From Eledone cirrhosa (taxonomy: Eukaryota), in the NCBI GenBank assembly GCA_964016885.1, contig OZ024740.1:55924001-55988000 (forward strand): 64,000 bases of DNA, in the 5' to 3' direction. The notes under the pieces are model-generated. The model was not told where the DNA came from, did not search any database, and saw only the letters and a list, made by a program, of their open reading frames with translations. Positions 1-12,800 of this stretch are shown here, one piece after another. The position numbers and the translations under genes were made by a program. Within the stretch, counting starts at the first letter, position 1; each line of letters begins with the position of its first letter.

Positions 1-103
1 CGGTAGTGTCCAATCCGTATGAAGAACTCAATGTAATCCAAATATGATAAGAGAAGATGCATTCAAAAATGTTCGAAAAAAATCATAGGAAAACAGAGTC
101 AAG

Positions 104-379
104 ATAAATTAATAAAAACAATGAAATAAAAACAAAGTACAAGTTCTTTATATTAAAAAATTCATCATTTTGCGATCGTTTCTAGGATGTATATGTGTGT
201 TGTCATATAGATCTATGTAAAAATATTACAAATTATGAGAGGAAATATACATATCTTCACATATATATGCTGTCTTCAGAAATGATATCTATACATCCTA
301 GAAACGATCGTAAAATGATGAATTTTTTAATATAAAGAACTTGTTCTTTGTTTTTATTTCATTGTTTTTATTAATTTAT
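104..379. repeat. Inverted repeat (90-bp arms, 104-193 and 290-379) of an HHR-bearing PLE-like element, ending at (TA)n
   Basis: The arms are reverse complements with about 2 mismatches. The right arm carries GAAAC-GATC-GTA|aaatgat and runs into a TA tract. Confidence 0.85.
164..286 (-). ncRNA. Degenerate type I hammerhead ribozyme
   Basis: Minus strand reads atcattt-CTGAAGA-(long, poorly paired stem II)-GAAA-C-GATC-G-CA|aaatgat. Stem I is 7 bp. The cleavage triplet is GCA here but GTA in the inverted copy at 301-312. Confidence 0.55.
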
Positions 380-392
380 ATATATCTATATC

Positions 393-424
<32 letters not shown>

Positions 425-487
425 AGTGTATTACTATAGTTATTAATAATATATACATTGACACACATACACGCACATATACATACA

Positions 488-563
<76 letters not shown>

Positions 564-686
564 AAAATTAAGATAAATCAAATGAATTTAATCTAAATCA
601 AAATTATGGGTGTCATGCCAGAAAGACATGCGCCATATCACCCGCAAAATAAGCTCTAAGATTCTAACGAGTAGGTCCGAGCATTT

Positions 687-979
687 TATAACAACTAGAA
701 ATTGATTAACATATAAATAAACATGAATAATCACTGAGATAATTTTTACAAGTGTGTAACCACACATAGCTAGGTAGGTAACTAAATAAAGTTGACCAGA
801 ACTTCAAAAATAGATACCTTATAATATGATTAATCTGATTAATCATATTATAAGTTATCTATTTTTGAAGTTCTGGTCAACTTTATTTAGTTACCTACCT
901 AGCTATGTGTGGTTACACACTTGTAAAAATTATCTCCTGTGATTATTCATGTTTATTTATATGTTAAGCAATTTCTAGT

Positions 980-986
<7 letters not shown>
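687..986. repeat. ~300-bp near-perfect palindrome centred at 836, right arm ending at (TA)n
   Basis: Centre is gattaatc-t-gattaatc. The ~149-bp arms differ by a few substitutions and one indel. Confidence 0.9.
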
Positions 987-1028
<42 letters not shown>

Positions 1029-2086
1029 TATGATTTATTATTTCAAAAAATTTATGCGAAATTTTATGATAGCATCTTTAACATATGAATTATTAGCAAT
1101 AGCTTTCATACTTACCTCAGAACGTAATATGTAGAGTTTGTTTCTCCTAACTAAAAACTATTTATGATTAACCCTTTAATAGTTCTTTCCTGTTTAAAGC
1201 ACTTTAAGTCTCGACACATTGTTTCTGTGTCCAATTTTACTGTTATAGGCGTAAACCATCGAAATAGCAATGAATTAGTATAGTGGGAGAATGTAATCTT
1301 TTCTTGCTCTGGGCAATTTCGCCAAAGTGAAATTCATTGCTCTCTCACTATGCAAACCTTTCATCATTTATTAGATGTTCCATACAGATACGCATGATCA
1401 AACATGCCTTTGTTGCTGTTATTACAGTGTTATTTTTTTTTTATAATTAATTTTGTGGATGTATTCAATCAAGCTAAGGGCGAAAATATTTAGTTTAAAA
1501 AAATATATTTATCGATTTAAGTGCTTTGTTGCATGTGTTTGTTGAAATGTTTTGTTGCATGGTTTTAATTTCCAGAAAAGAGCAACGTTATCGTAAAAAC
1601 AACATAAGGGAGATGAGAATGTTGGTAAACTGAATTTATCCAGATTGCCATGCCCTGTCCCTTAAGGCAATTAACCGATCTATTTCTAGCCCATATCAAA
1701 TATAAGTAAAATGTTATGTCGTTTAAAATATTTTGAAGAACGTTGTTTTTTCTAAAATTATATAAAAGTTTCTTTTTTCATTGCAGCTATTTCTATCCTA
1801 AAATTTTCTGTTCGTCTTTATTGTTCATTGGTAATTTCTTTTTCGGGTTTTTATTACTTTACTGCATCAACCTCTTTACGAAAATAAGGTATTGTTGATA
1901 CTATATCACCCTATATATATATCGTATATAAGTTCGTCACTTTGGTTATATTTCAATAATATAGCAAGCTGCCAGGAAACACTGACAGCCAGCATAAAAA
2001 TAAATAGCATCACATAAAAACGAAATCGGATCACTGGGATATATTCCTCTGATATACAACTATATAAATATATATACACACTCATA

Positions 2087-2120
<34 letters not shown>

Positions 2121-2121
<1 letters not shown>

Positions 2122-2282
2122 TTTGGGTATTAGAGTGGGTAATAGAAAAAGAGTCAGAACACCGACGGCAGGGCTCAAGCCGTTTCGACAGCTATTTCTG
2201 GACCAAGAAATAGCTGTCTGGTCCAGAAATAGCTGTCGAAACGGCTTGAGCTCTGCCGTCGGGGTTCTGACTCTTTTCCTAT
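2121..2282. mobile_element. Fold-back PLE-like pLTR fragment between two (TA)n tracts (family also at 29930-30068 and 33246-33443)
   Basis: Arms are 2142-2205 and 2219-2282. Each carries the HHR 3' half (stem II strand + GAAA-T-AGCT-G-TC). Confidence 0.75.
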
Positions 2283-2336
2283 ATATATATATAATAAGGA
2301 GTTGCAATGTAAGATACATTCCCAGAGTATACACAT

Positions 2337-2520
2337 CATCATCATCACTCGTCGACTACTGTCGAGATGATGGATCTCACTCTCATGCCCCAGAATCCCC
2401 TATCCCCCATCGCTTCCCCCAGGTCCTGCTGATTCCCGTATCCCTAGAGATAACGTCAGGGAATGACAGCTTCCTACTCCTAGTCAGTCTGGAGTCAGGG
2501 TTCCAGAGCAAGAGAGCGGA
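2337..2520 (-). mobile_element. 5'-truncated RTE-type LINE 3' end
   Basis: Minus-strand peptide LLLWNPDSRLTRSRKLSFPDVISRDTGI resembles RTE C-termini. It has a (TGA)n tail and a 9-bp TSD tatacacat (2328-2336, 2521-2529). Confidence 0.75.
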
Positions 2521-2578
2521 TATACACATAGTTATTCGCTTCAATACAACACACGTAAAACGGGTGCCTATAATAGTT

Positions 2579-2643
2579 CCCGGACTCGAGTTTCGGCCAT
2601 ACTTAATACAGCAGTAAGGTGCACTGCACCCTTCATCAGCCGG
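2579..2643 (-). ncRNA. Minimal type I hammerhead ribozyme
   Basis: Minus strand reads ccgg-CTGATGA-aggg...ggcc-GAAA-C-TCGA-G-TC|cggg. Loop 3 is palindromic and the site is GUC. Stem I has one mismatch. Confidence 0.7.
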
Positions 2644-2867
2644 TATCGCATAATCAATAACCAATCGATCGACAGAATCCAAACCCCAACCCATGCCGGC
2701 CAGGACTTGTTTGTGACAACCGACACGGTAAAGCGATTAGCAACTGGAATCCGATACAACTCTGTCACACGACTAGCCACCGATTTACAAACTTTACGTG
2801 GTGGCGGGAGAATAGAAAACCAATCTTTTCGTTCCCGTCAAAAGGACTCAGCCAACGTGTCTCACAC

Positions 2868-2937
<70 letters not shown>

Positions 2938-3247
2938 AGAAAGAGAGAATATACAAAAATTCATTTTACTTTTCCTCTAACAATATACATTCCTTACTTC
3001 AGGAAGGATGATGTAAAAATTGCATGCTTTGACAATCACTAATTCCAGTGACAATCATGGCTTTTCAAAGAAAATTGCATGAACTAAGGCTCAAACCAGA
3101 ACAGAGAATGCAATCACCGCACATTGACTTCCCTGGTAGATCTAAGACAGTCAGTTGTAGGATGAGGTGTTATAGTGAGTAGGATATATGTGACGTGTAG
3201 ATCACAGCTTTTAGAAACATTCATACCGCGACACTTGTTTCATTATT

Positions 3248-3439
3248 GCGGTGGATTTGCAGTATCAGTAGAGGGTCAGACGCCATGCTTTGCAGTATAA
3301 AGTTACGCCCCTTTATGATCTGAGTTCAAATCCCGCAGAGGTTAACGTTGCCTTTCATCCTTACGAGGTCGACAAAATAAAGTATCAGTAATGCACTGGG
3401 ACAATTGCTGGCCTTGTGTCAAATATAGAATCAATTATT
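3248..3439 (+). mobile_element. tRNA-derived SINE, family A (~190 bp)
   Basis: B-box GAGTTCAAATCCC and core GCCTTTCATCCTTACG-GGTCGA. About 14 copies in the window. Confidence 0.85.
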
Positions 3440-3464
3440 GTACATAAACATATAATTTAAATAC

Positions 3465-3695
3465 ATGGTTGCAAGAAAAATTGCGCCCGTAGGCGGTATG
3501 CCGGTTGAGCACTCGATGCTCGCGCAGAGAATATACTATAAGAATAAAGGAACAAGGATTCAGTGTTGCATCATAACATATTTAATAACATATTACATAT
3601 GTTTCACTATCGATCAGCTCGATAAACAACCTATTATTGATCGAACTTGGCTCTGTAATCGAAATATCATCAGATATGTTTCCTATGTGATCTCG
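3465..3695 (-). mobile_element. HHR-bearing PLE-like pLTR fragment (same family as 47999-48503 and 48750-49135)
   Basis: Clear nucleotide similarity to 48000-48235. Contains an HHR. Confidence 0.75.
3587..3680 (-). ncRNA. Type I hammerhead ribozyme with long stem II
   Basis: Minus strand reads aacatat-CTGATGA-t.atttcgat...atcgatagt-GAAA-C-ATAT-G-TA|atatgtt. Stem I is 7 bp and the site is GUA. Confidence 0.75.
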
Positions 3696-3702
3696 TCTCT
3701 GA

Positions 3703-3821
<119 letters not shown>

Positions 3822-4489
3822 TCCCACATACCTTATTATGCTTTTACTTTTATCCTGAACTGAGTCTGTGCTAAAGCATACTTTTCGATGGCTTATTTCA
3901 ATGCTCGGCATTTATGGCTTATGGCTTAAGGCAAACCTTTGTAACTTTCAAGAGTGTAACATGTCTACATTTATATTTCTTTGAAAACATCATACACTCT
4001 GCGTAAATCAACAAAAATATTTGAAATTTCCCTATATATTCTAAGTAAATCGAAAATATAAATTGAAGTTGCTTTTAATCTAATAAGACCATTTAGTCTG
4101 ATGCTGGCAAACTAACTTGTGTATATCTATGTGAAGTGATAATAATCTTATAGCATTAAGACCTGATTCCATGACATGAATTAGGGAAAAGTAGCAGTAA
4201 AGCAAATAGTACCTTACACGTAAAAAACGGGTGCTTCATATTTTGCCATAAATTCTTGTATGCACCTCTGTTGAAATTATATTTCATTCCTTTATCGTAT
4301 TTAACTTCTAAAATATTTTCTAAGCATGTAATATAAATCTATGTAGCATTAGAATTAGAAGGATTGTGCATCTAGTCTTATACTTATACCTTCTTCAAAA
4401 TATAAGTTTTTCGTTAAATAATGAAGCAAAATATTTGCAAATTAACAGTGTTGAATTGGCTCCTTGAAGCAACAAATTAATTCCATTAA

Positions 4490-4807
4490 TACATCATCAT
4501 CATCAGGTCGTGCCTGCTCGGCTTTCTACGACACGTTTCCTCCATCCATCTCTGTCTCTCATAGCGTTTGCCAGTTCTTCCGCAGTGCATCCAGTATCGT
4601 CCTCAAGTTGCTTGACGTATATCTTCTTGGGACGACCAGCGTTTCTTGCTCCATGAGATGGACTCCATAACACATCACCTGCTATTTCTTTCTTGCTGCG
4701 CCAACAGTGGTTATCAGATCTGAGTCTCTGTCCACGTATTAACCTGCTGATAGGTGGTATATTGCCATAGAGAACCTTATTTGTTGGGTGTTCCCTCCAA
4801 GACACGT
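4490..4807 (-). mobile_element. 5'-truncated RTE-type LINE 3' end
   Basis: Peptide WREHPTNKVLYGNIPPIS...HCWRSKKE...GRPKKIYVKQLEDDTG...AMRDRDGWRKRV, a (TGA)n tail and a 13-bp TSD ttaattccattaa (4477-4489, 4808-4820). Confidence 0.88.
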
Positions 4808-4976
4808 TTAATTCCATTAAACCTCTCGAAAATCGCTGAGAAATTAACAATATCATGCTTTATTATTTTTCATTGTTGTAAAAGACAAACTTCCTTTTCC
4901 TTTGTTAAAACTCTAGGACATCGTCAGACAATTTGACATAAATAGACACACATGCAAGTATTATTATCCTAACACA

Positions 4977-5160
4977 GGCGGTGGATTGGCAGTATCGGTA
5001 GAGGGTCGGACGCAATGCTTTCCAGCATAGTTACGTCCCTTTACGATCTGAGTTCAAATCCCGCAGAGGTTGACTATGCCTTTCATCCTTACGGGGTCGA
5101 TAAAATAAAGTACCAATAATGTACTGGGTAATTGCTGGCCTTGTGCCTAAATTAGAAACA
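4977..5160 (+). mobile_element. SINE family A, full length
   Basis: A and B boxes plus core. TSD attattatcctaacaca on both sides. Confidence 0.9.
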
Positions 5161-5383
5161 ATTATTATCCTAACACAGTCAGCTTTAAAAACATCCTATT
5201 TTTAGAATTCAATTTTTATATAGCTATAAATATTTTACTTAATGATGAAGTAAGACTTGTCCTGAAATATATTCCTGAAAATTGCTAACTATGTTAGACA
5301 CGATCAATGTACAAACCGTTGGGGCTTCTAGCAACAAAAATCCACAAGTGGTTATAATACACCATCAGAAGCACATTCAACCA

Positions 5384-5570
5384 GTGGATTGGCAGTATCG
5401 GTAGAGGGTCGGACGCGTTGCTTTGACGCATAGAGTTACGGCCCTTGCCATTCTGAGTTCAAATCCCGCCGAGGTTAACTTTGCCTTTCATCCTTATGGG
5501 GTCGATAAAATAAAGTACCAGTAATACACTGGGATAATTGCTGGTCTTGTGCCAAAAAGTAGAAACAATT
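5384..5570 (+). mobile_element. SINE family A
   Basis: Matches 4977-5160. Confidence 0.88.
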
Positions 5571-6027
5571 AATTATTGATATTACTTTTGTATAATTAAT
5601 AAGATATAAAGCGTATATTAAACCTTCTTACGATATCCTGTTTTCAGCAAAGTAACATACATATTTCATTAATAAAGCATTATTATCTACAATGGTACAG
5701 AATTCATCCGTGATTTTCAATCTTCGTGAGTCGATTTAATCTGGTTTCCTTTTATACCTTAAAATTGCTGTTAGAAATAATTATGAATCAACAATAGCAG
5801 ATGTTTCCAACTGGCAAGAAAATTGTGCGTTTGGAGAATAGTTGCAAGTATAATTCCAATGTTAGTCTCTATTTGATCAATGCGTTGCTATGAGGCAATG
5901 TTTTTACAACTTCAGTTCGATCGTAATGTATTACAATTGAGATAAATTTGGTATAAAACGGCTTTTAACATTTTCGCAATTATTTGCCACGTACGATAAG
6001 GAACGGTTATTCCTTTTTTGTTTCCCA

Positions 6028-6207
6028 AATGCTGCAATCATTGTAGTACAATGCTGCAATCATTGTAGTACAATGCTGCAATCATTGTAGTACATTGCTG
6101 CAATCATTGTAATACATTGCTGCAATCATTGTAGTACAATGCTGCAATCATTGTAGTACAATGCTGCAATCATTGTAGTACAATGCTGCAATCATTGTAG
6201 TACAATG
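6028..6207. repeat. 22-bp minisatellite, ~8 copies (aatgctgcaatcattgtagtac)
   Basis: Direct reading; head-to-tail units with no spacers. Confidence 0.95.
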
Positions 6208-6759
6208 TTTGCATCTTTCTCACAGTTTTTGACAATATTTGTCTTTCTCTTTTAGATGATTTGTTACAACATTTTCTTACGGTTGGCTAGATTTTATAGG
6301 GTAAAATATCAGAAGTTATCGATGCGATGAAACCCATCTTCAAATACTCTGGTAAATAGCTACGAGTATAGTTCAACTTTTTAACTATTTTTTTTTATAT
6401 ATATATTTGCTGTCTAAATTATTTGAAAAAATCACATGGAAATCCCAAACTCCGAAATCTCACTAAAGGCAACAGTATCTACTCACATTGCAGTTGAATC
6501 AAACATAGATCTAAAAGTTACGACACTTTAAATTCAATGAATATTCGAATAAAATCTAAACTAGAGTTAAGTCTACCGAGACAGAAAACAATGGACGACT
6601 GTAATCATAGAACAATTTAAAAGCCTTAAGCGGATAACAAGTATTAGTAATAACTACGTATTATATAGATCAGAAACTGGATGCTAGATATATAGATCTA
6701 CATCTAGATTCGGAATATAGATGTAATTACCTAGCGAACTAACGAGATTATAAACTCAA

Positions 6760-7247
6760 AATACAACCACTCAAAAGTAAATGTGAAACAACAATTCACA
6801 TGATGCCTTGTCTATCACGAGGCTAATAATCTAAGCCCAAAATCTATAATAATATAATGAAATGTGCACCTAATAGCAATTAAATATCTAGGCTTAAAAA
6901 AATAAAGATTTTCATTCAGCGCAACCCTCTATATCATTCTCAAAATACTATGGTATTTAACCGGCGCAAAATTCATTAATGTTCTTTGAAACGCGTAGAT
7001 CTCTTCAAAGGGAGTGTCCATGATATAAGAACAACAGCTCATAACCAGTATTATAGACCTTCCTCAAAAAGGGTTGACGTTGTGTTTGGGGTTTCAACAA
7101 CGATGGTAAGAAATCATTAGGAAAACCCTTTCCTGGTAATTTCTTACGAATGAAACAGCTCTAGTCCAGTAGAATTCATTTCTATAATAAAATAGATATG
7201 CCTATACTCTACTAGCGTATTGAGTACAGATATTCTTCGATAATCCA

Positions 7248-7250
<3 letters not shown>
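6760..7250 (+). mobile_element. Possible highly decayed PLE 3' end
   Basis: Peptide EQQLITSIIDLPQKGL resembles PLE endonuclease C-termini. It is followed by a hairpin, GAAACAGCTCTA, the ACTC..GAGTAC tail motif and (TA)n. Confidence 0.35.
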
Positions 7251-7290
<40 letters not shown>

Positions 7291-7560
7291 TAAAACATGT
7301 CTATAGAATCACCAGATAAAATATATACCATTTCCTCTCCCAATTAGCATAATTAACCATATAAAAAATCGAATAGACCAGGCTATAAGAATAAGGCTTC
7401 TATGAAGAAATCTCCAATAAATAACCGAAACTAGCCCTTCGCGCCGGCTGCGAGGGAATATTTATCGAATATTTCGACAGCGTAATCGCCCAGATATACA
7501 GTCAATTAAACAGAATTATATGTAAAATAAACTAGGAGAAAAGAGAATACATTTATTTAC

Positions 7561-7633
7561 CTCGACCATGGTTTCGTCCGCATTTTGAGATTTCCAATAA
7601 CTTCGGAAACTCGAGCACCGGACTCTTCAGGAG
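7561..7633 (-). ncRNA. Type I hammerhead ribozyme with extended stem II
   Basis: Minus strand reads ctc-CTGAAGA-gtccg...gagtttccgaagttattggaaatctc...cggac-GAAA-C-CATG-G-TC|gag. It lies in a ~550-bp element between TA tracts (7290-7840). Confidence 0.8.
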
Positions 7634-9258
7634 TTTGCTCAAATCTAGACAATAAATTTTCCAAAGTGATCGCGCCAAGAATACATTCAAAAATGGCTAA
7701 GAATCGTGATGTAGCAGCGGTCAGGTTGGAAGGTGTGTGGTAACTTGCTTACGGCTGGTGGCTTTTTGCTAGAAAGCACAGCACAATACAGCCAAATGTG
7801 TATCTCAAACTAACGGGAGATTATTACATATAAAGGTTTACATATATATATATATATTGTTTGATTGAGCTACATCTAAAATCCAGAGTGCAGGGCCATG
7901 CGGTTTCGGCTTGTATCGCTAAACCATTCTACGTCTCCCTATGTATCGAGTACTCACATGATTAGTGGTTTCCTCGATCTAAACAACGCAGAAACTTTCT
8001 CTATCTCTCTCTCTCTCTCTCTCCCTCCCACTCTCTCTCGCCTCCCCCCTCTCTCTGTCTCTTTATATATATATATATATATATATAGATAGATATATAT
8101 ATATCTATATATATATATACATTCATTTCAAGAATAATTAAGACAACCACAGAGATGCAATAAAACAGTCATATGACGTTTGGGAATGAAGATAAAAGAT
8201 GAGTGAGGAGAGTAGACGAGTATTTCGGCCTGTGGTGGTGGGAGCCGATGTGGTGAGTCAAGATATATCATGGATATTGTTACGTGTGTGCAGTTGGAGT
8301 GCATTTAGTGGGTGGTCATTACTCCTTCTTTCTGTGTATGTGATTTGTGTATCGTTGATGGAAGTGTGGGTGTGTATGTATCTACATTTGTGTCTGAGAA
8401 GCATATGTATGTTTTTTTTCTTCTCCATGCGTGTTTCTGTATATTTGTGTATGAGTGTGTCTGTGAGTGTATATTTTTGTATGAGTGTGTCTGTGTGTGT
8501 ATGTTTTTGTATGAGCATGCCTGTGTGCATATACACATGTGTGTCTGTGAATTTTTTATGTAATTTGGGTGTGCCCATACAGGTTTGTTTGTATATATAT
8601 CTGTATGGTTGGGTGTGAATATGTGAGTGTATTTATGTGTGAGTACACATGTGCCACTGTGAATTTTTCATGTAATTTTATGTGTGTATAAATGTGTACT
8701 TATGTATGAGTGCATTTATGGATGTTAATGCTGTTATTAGTCTGTATAAGTGAGTTTGTTAATGCGTGTGTGTGTGTACATAAGCTTGTTTGACTGTGGT
8801 AAAACCCAGGGCTGAAATCGAAGTGTACGATACAAAAATGGTGTGTAGCGGTCAAAGCCAGGCTATTTCCGGACGTGGTCAGGGGGGTGTAGTGATGAGT
8901 CTATGTGTAGCGCACTAAGAACGGAAGACATATGGGGTGAATGTGTGGTGATACAGAAGTAGGAGGTAGGGTACTTACAAGGGTCATTGTGAGGGCGAGC
9001 TGTTGCACCTATTTGAGGTTGTGATGTAATGTGTGTGTGTGTGTACTGACAGCATAGGAGTGTAGTGTTAATGTTTAAGTTGACTATGTAGTATAGTTTG
9101 TCGTGTTAGTATAATTAATTGGTTGATATGTAGTGCAAGTAATATTACATGCGTATATCTATCTATGGTTGTGTGATTGTATCTATGTTCGTGTGGTGTG
9201 TCGGTTCATGCTATGGGACGTGCATGTTTGTTGGTGTGAGGCTGATCTGTTAGTATAA

Positions 9259-9600
9259 GGTAAGGGTAAAGATACCCTTCAGTCACGAATAACGACGGGA
9301 TTTGCACCTAGAACGTTCCCCTCCAAGGCACAAGTCCGAGCAAGTTTGTTTATGGAAGACCAGCAGTCGCCCATGCATACCAGGCTCCCCTCTCCACGCC
9401 ACCGATGTCGTCCAAGGGAAAGGCAAAGGTTGACACAGTGTAGCACCAGTGTCATCGCAACACATTTCTACAACTGAGTGAACTCGAGGAACGTAAAATA
9501 AAGTGTCTTGCTCAAGAAGACAACGCAAACCCCGTCCAAGAATCGAACTCACAGCCACACGATTGTAAGCCCGACGCTCTAACCACTAAGCCATGCGCCT
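9259..9600 (-). mobile_element. tRNA-derived CORE-type SINE, family B
   Basis: Minus strand has A-box TGGCTTAGTGG, B-box GTTCGATTC and CORE-like CTTGAGCAAGACACTTTA. 13-bp TSD tctgttagtataa. Confidence 0.88.
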
Positions 9601-9642
9601 TCTGTTAGTATAATTATGTAGTTAATTAATAGCATTATTACA

Positions 9643-9850
9643 TGCAGTTTCGGTAGAGAGTCGGACACCATACTTTGCAGCATAGAAGTACGTCCCTTTA
9701 CATCTGAGTTCAAATCCTGCAGAGGCTAACTTTGCCTTTCATCCTTACAGGATTGATAAAATAAAGCACCAGTAGCGTACTGGGGTTAATTTAATCGACT
9801 TTCCCCTCCTCCCAAATGACTGACCTTGTTCCTATAGTAGAAATCATTAG
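9643..9850 (+). mobile_element. SINE family A (diverged)
   Basis: B-box, core and tail are recognisable. Confidence 0.8.
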
Positions 9851-12800
9851 TGCATGTAAATGTGTATCTATGGTCGTGTTGGGGTAACTAATTCATTAGA
9901 TGTGTTTATGCGTGTGTCTGATTTCATATCTATATGTATTAATGGGTCTATGTGCGTTTGTGATTGGGTGTATTGGAGAAAGTGGTAGAGCACGTGTTTT
10001 ATTGTGAGAGTGGATCTGAGGTGGGTGCTAGGAAAGAGCAGGCTAAAGGAAGAAATGTGAGACATTTAGGCTATCTACTTTAAGGTCTTCTTTCAAAGTA
10101 AGATTATTATGACGAAAATTCGTAGGTCTTGAACCAAAAGCGATGAATTTAAATATTTTATCTCTTATAGGTGTACCAGTATCATACATTATGAAAATAA
10201 TTGGCAATTCATGCAATAATTTCTGTTTATATGTAGTAAATATTCTACCATTTAAACGTGAACTGTGAAAAAATAACTAGATTAGGATTCTGTGCAAATT
10301 GAACTGGTATTTTACTGAAATCAAATCGCGAAGAGGACGTATTTTGTGTGATAATAAAACCTATCCAGCCTTTTAATTTGTTATTTGATAATATATATTG
10401 CCACGTTTCATGTTCTTTTATTTTGAATTTTCAATTTGTATTTATAAACCCCTATTATTATAATTAACTCCCCAATTTTGTTTCTTTGATTATGGTCGAC
10501 TGTTTCATATTGGTGAAGTCACGCCGCCGCTGTATTAACTATTAACACCAACCCAAGCCAGTCCGCCATTGCTGCTATCATGTGCCGACCAGCTAGCAAC
10601 TAATACAACACGTTGGATACCGGCACCAACTTGAAAATTCAGTAGGAACCTCGATTTTCGGAAACCCCTAATTGGACTACTGGCCAATGTGAATTCTCTT
10701 GTCCGAAATGTCCTCTTTATGAATTTATTATTAATGGATGAGCAGAGGATACTCCACGGAATTTGAAACTGTACTATACCAGCTTAGTAGTGGATTTTTG
10801 TACTCTCTCGGACTTTTGTGTAATATATACATATGTGTGTGTGTGTGGGGGGGGGTATTTACTGTAATGTAAGGCGAAGGATTTGTTACAAATTTGGAGG
10901 CAATATTATTTTACAGAAGGATATGAAATAGAAATATTTCATGTAGTAAAACACCAAAAAACTAATTTTCTGGAGGATTTTATATATTATTGTGAAACTA
11001 AATTATTATTAATAATCAATATATTTATTCATTTACTTTCAATTATTTCTCACATTTGTGATGAAATATAAATATACGCAAGACATACATTATCTAAAAG
11101 CTATCAAATCAATCAATACAGTAAATTGCTTGCGATTACTTGATATACAAGTATGAGCTGTTAACCATGCTCTGAGGGAGGGTTTTCAGATTTCGTTGCA
11201 AAAACTTTTCACCGAGAGTCTAATGTTTATTTGCTTGCGGCAGTTCTCAACTAGAATATTTGCAAATTGTATTGTTTTCAGCAATAAAAAAAATAAAATA
11301 AATATATAACTTAAAGACATTATCTTTCTACCAAATTCATTTTCTTTTTGTGTTATCACGTGTCAGTTTTATGTTGATATGGTAATCGAAGCAACTTTGC
11401 ACTTCCTCTGCAAGAATTAATCAGCACTGATTAGACTTGTGTGTGCAGAGAAGTGTTTATGCAAGGATTATAGATAGGGTTGTCACAACATTCTGACAAT
11501 TTTGGATTAATTGACATTGTGCTGAAATACAAAACACTTGCTTGAAATAAAATTTAATAAATATTTAAGTATAGAACAATACAGAATCCAAAGATAACTA
11601 TCTTTTCGGCTTATAGAGAGACTAGTAGTAAGGTATCAGATAGAAATACAACACCTATTTTATTTCATTGTTTTCACTTATTGCATTGTACAAACAATGG
11701 GAATTTGGGTCGTTTTATTCAAGAAACCATATTTATAAACTTTAAACAATATTTTGCTTTTAAGCACAATTATATCTATATGCCATTTACTTTTCAAATG
11801 ACCATTTTTCTCTATATACATAAATTAGTAATGCGTGTTATCTTTACTTCTTTGCTAGCAAACCAAAGAAATCAAACTAGTGTCATATAAGTGTATTGGG
11901 ATGAGTAGCTGTGATAGAGTATAAAGAATTCGTTTAATAGCTATATTTCCTGAAATTCATATTTAGTCTTTTGCTACATACACATTTCTCTGTTCTTTGT
12001 AACACCCACAACAAAAATATATCCATTTTGAAAATCATATTGTGTTGATATCAATCATTTGCAGGATACTGTATGCTTTTAAAGCTAAATTCTTCCTCTT
12101 TAATATTATTAGTAAAGAAGTGAACTGCCAGGTAGTGTCTAGTAAGTAAACAAAATTTAATAACTTATACATATATAGATATCTTAAATACTTGTGTTCC
12201 TATATTTATGTCACTATTTCTGTCGTACGTACTTTCCCTTCTAATGATGATAATATAACTTCTTGGTTTTACAGCATTATATCGTTTCAAATGGAAAGGG
12301 GAGAGCTGCATCCGATGATCCACAAAACTCTGATGAATAAAAGTGTTGCCGATGATCTAACGGTGTATGTGGTGTGTTCATCACCGTCAATGATGCAAAT
12401 ACAAGATGAAGCAGATATATAATAATTTAATGGGGTTACTGGAACCCATCAACATAAGGAGATATTCCATAATTAGACAACATTCCATGTCATACTTGTT
12501 TAACAAGAATTATACTCAATCTGTGATTTTTCACCATGAACCTGTGCAAGATACGTGGGGAAATATCAATTGAAATACCAGTGAACGAAAAGTCAAGTTG
12601 ATTGACAATCGCTTTTGTAGACAAGAAAATAATTACCGAATTATCGACAGGACTATTGAGTGGTTTACACAACTGATAGATTGAAACCACTCCGGGATGT
12701 TAATTGATTTGCGATCTTCAAAGCGTAAGTGTTTGAGCTGCATCAAGTAGACCAAAAACTTTCATCTAGGTAAAGAGTTTGTATACTGCAGGTAATTTTT

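Noticed and set aside
6028-6207. CRISPR-like appearance of palindromic repeats
   Set aside because: No spacers, no cas genes, and a eukaryotic context.
6300-6351. Possible micro-exon GKISEVIDAMKPIFKYS
   Set aside because: Splice-like signals only; cannot be tied to a gene.
12275-12340. Possible terminal exon (ttttacag|HYIVSNGKGRAASDDPQNSDE*) and CTGATGA motif
   Set aside because: No homology or linked exons that I can support, and no stem II/GAAA for an HHR.
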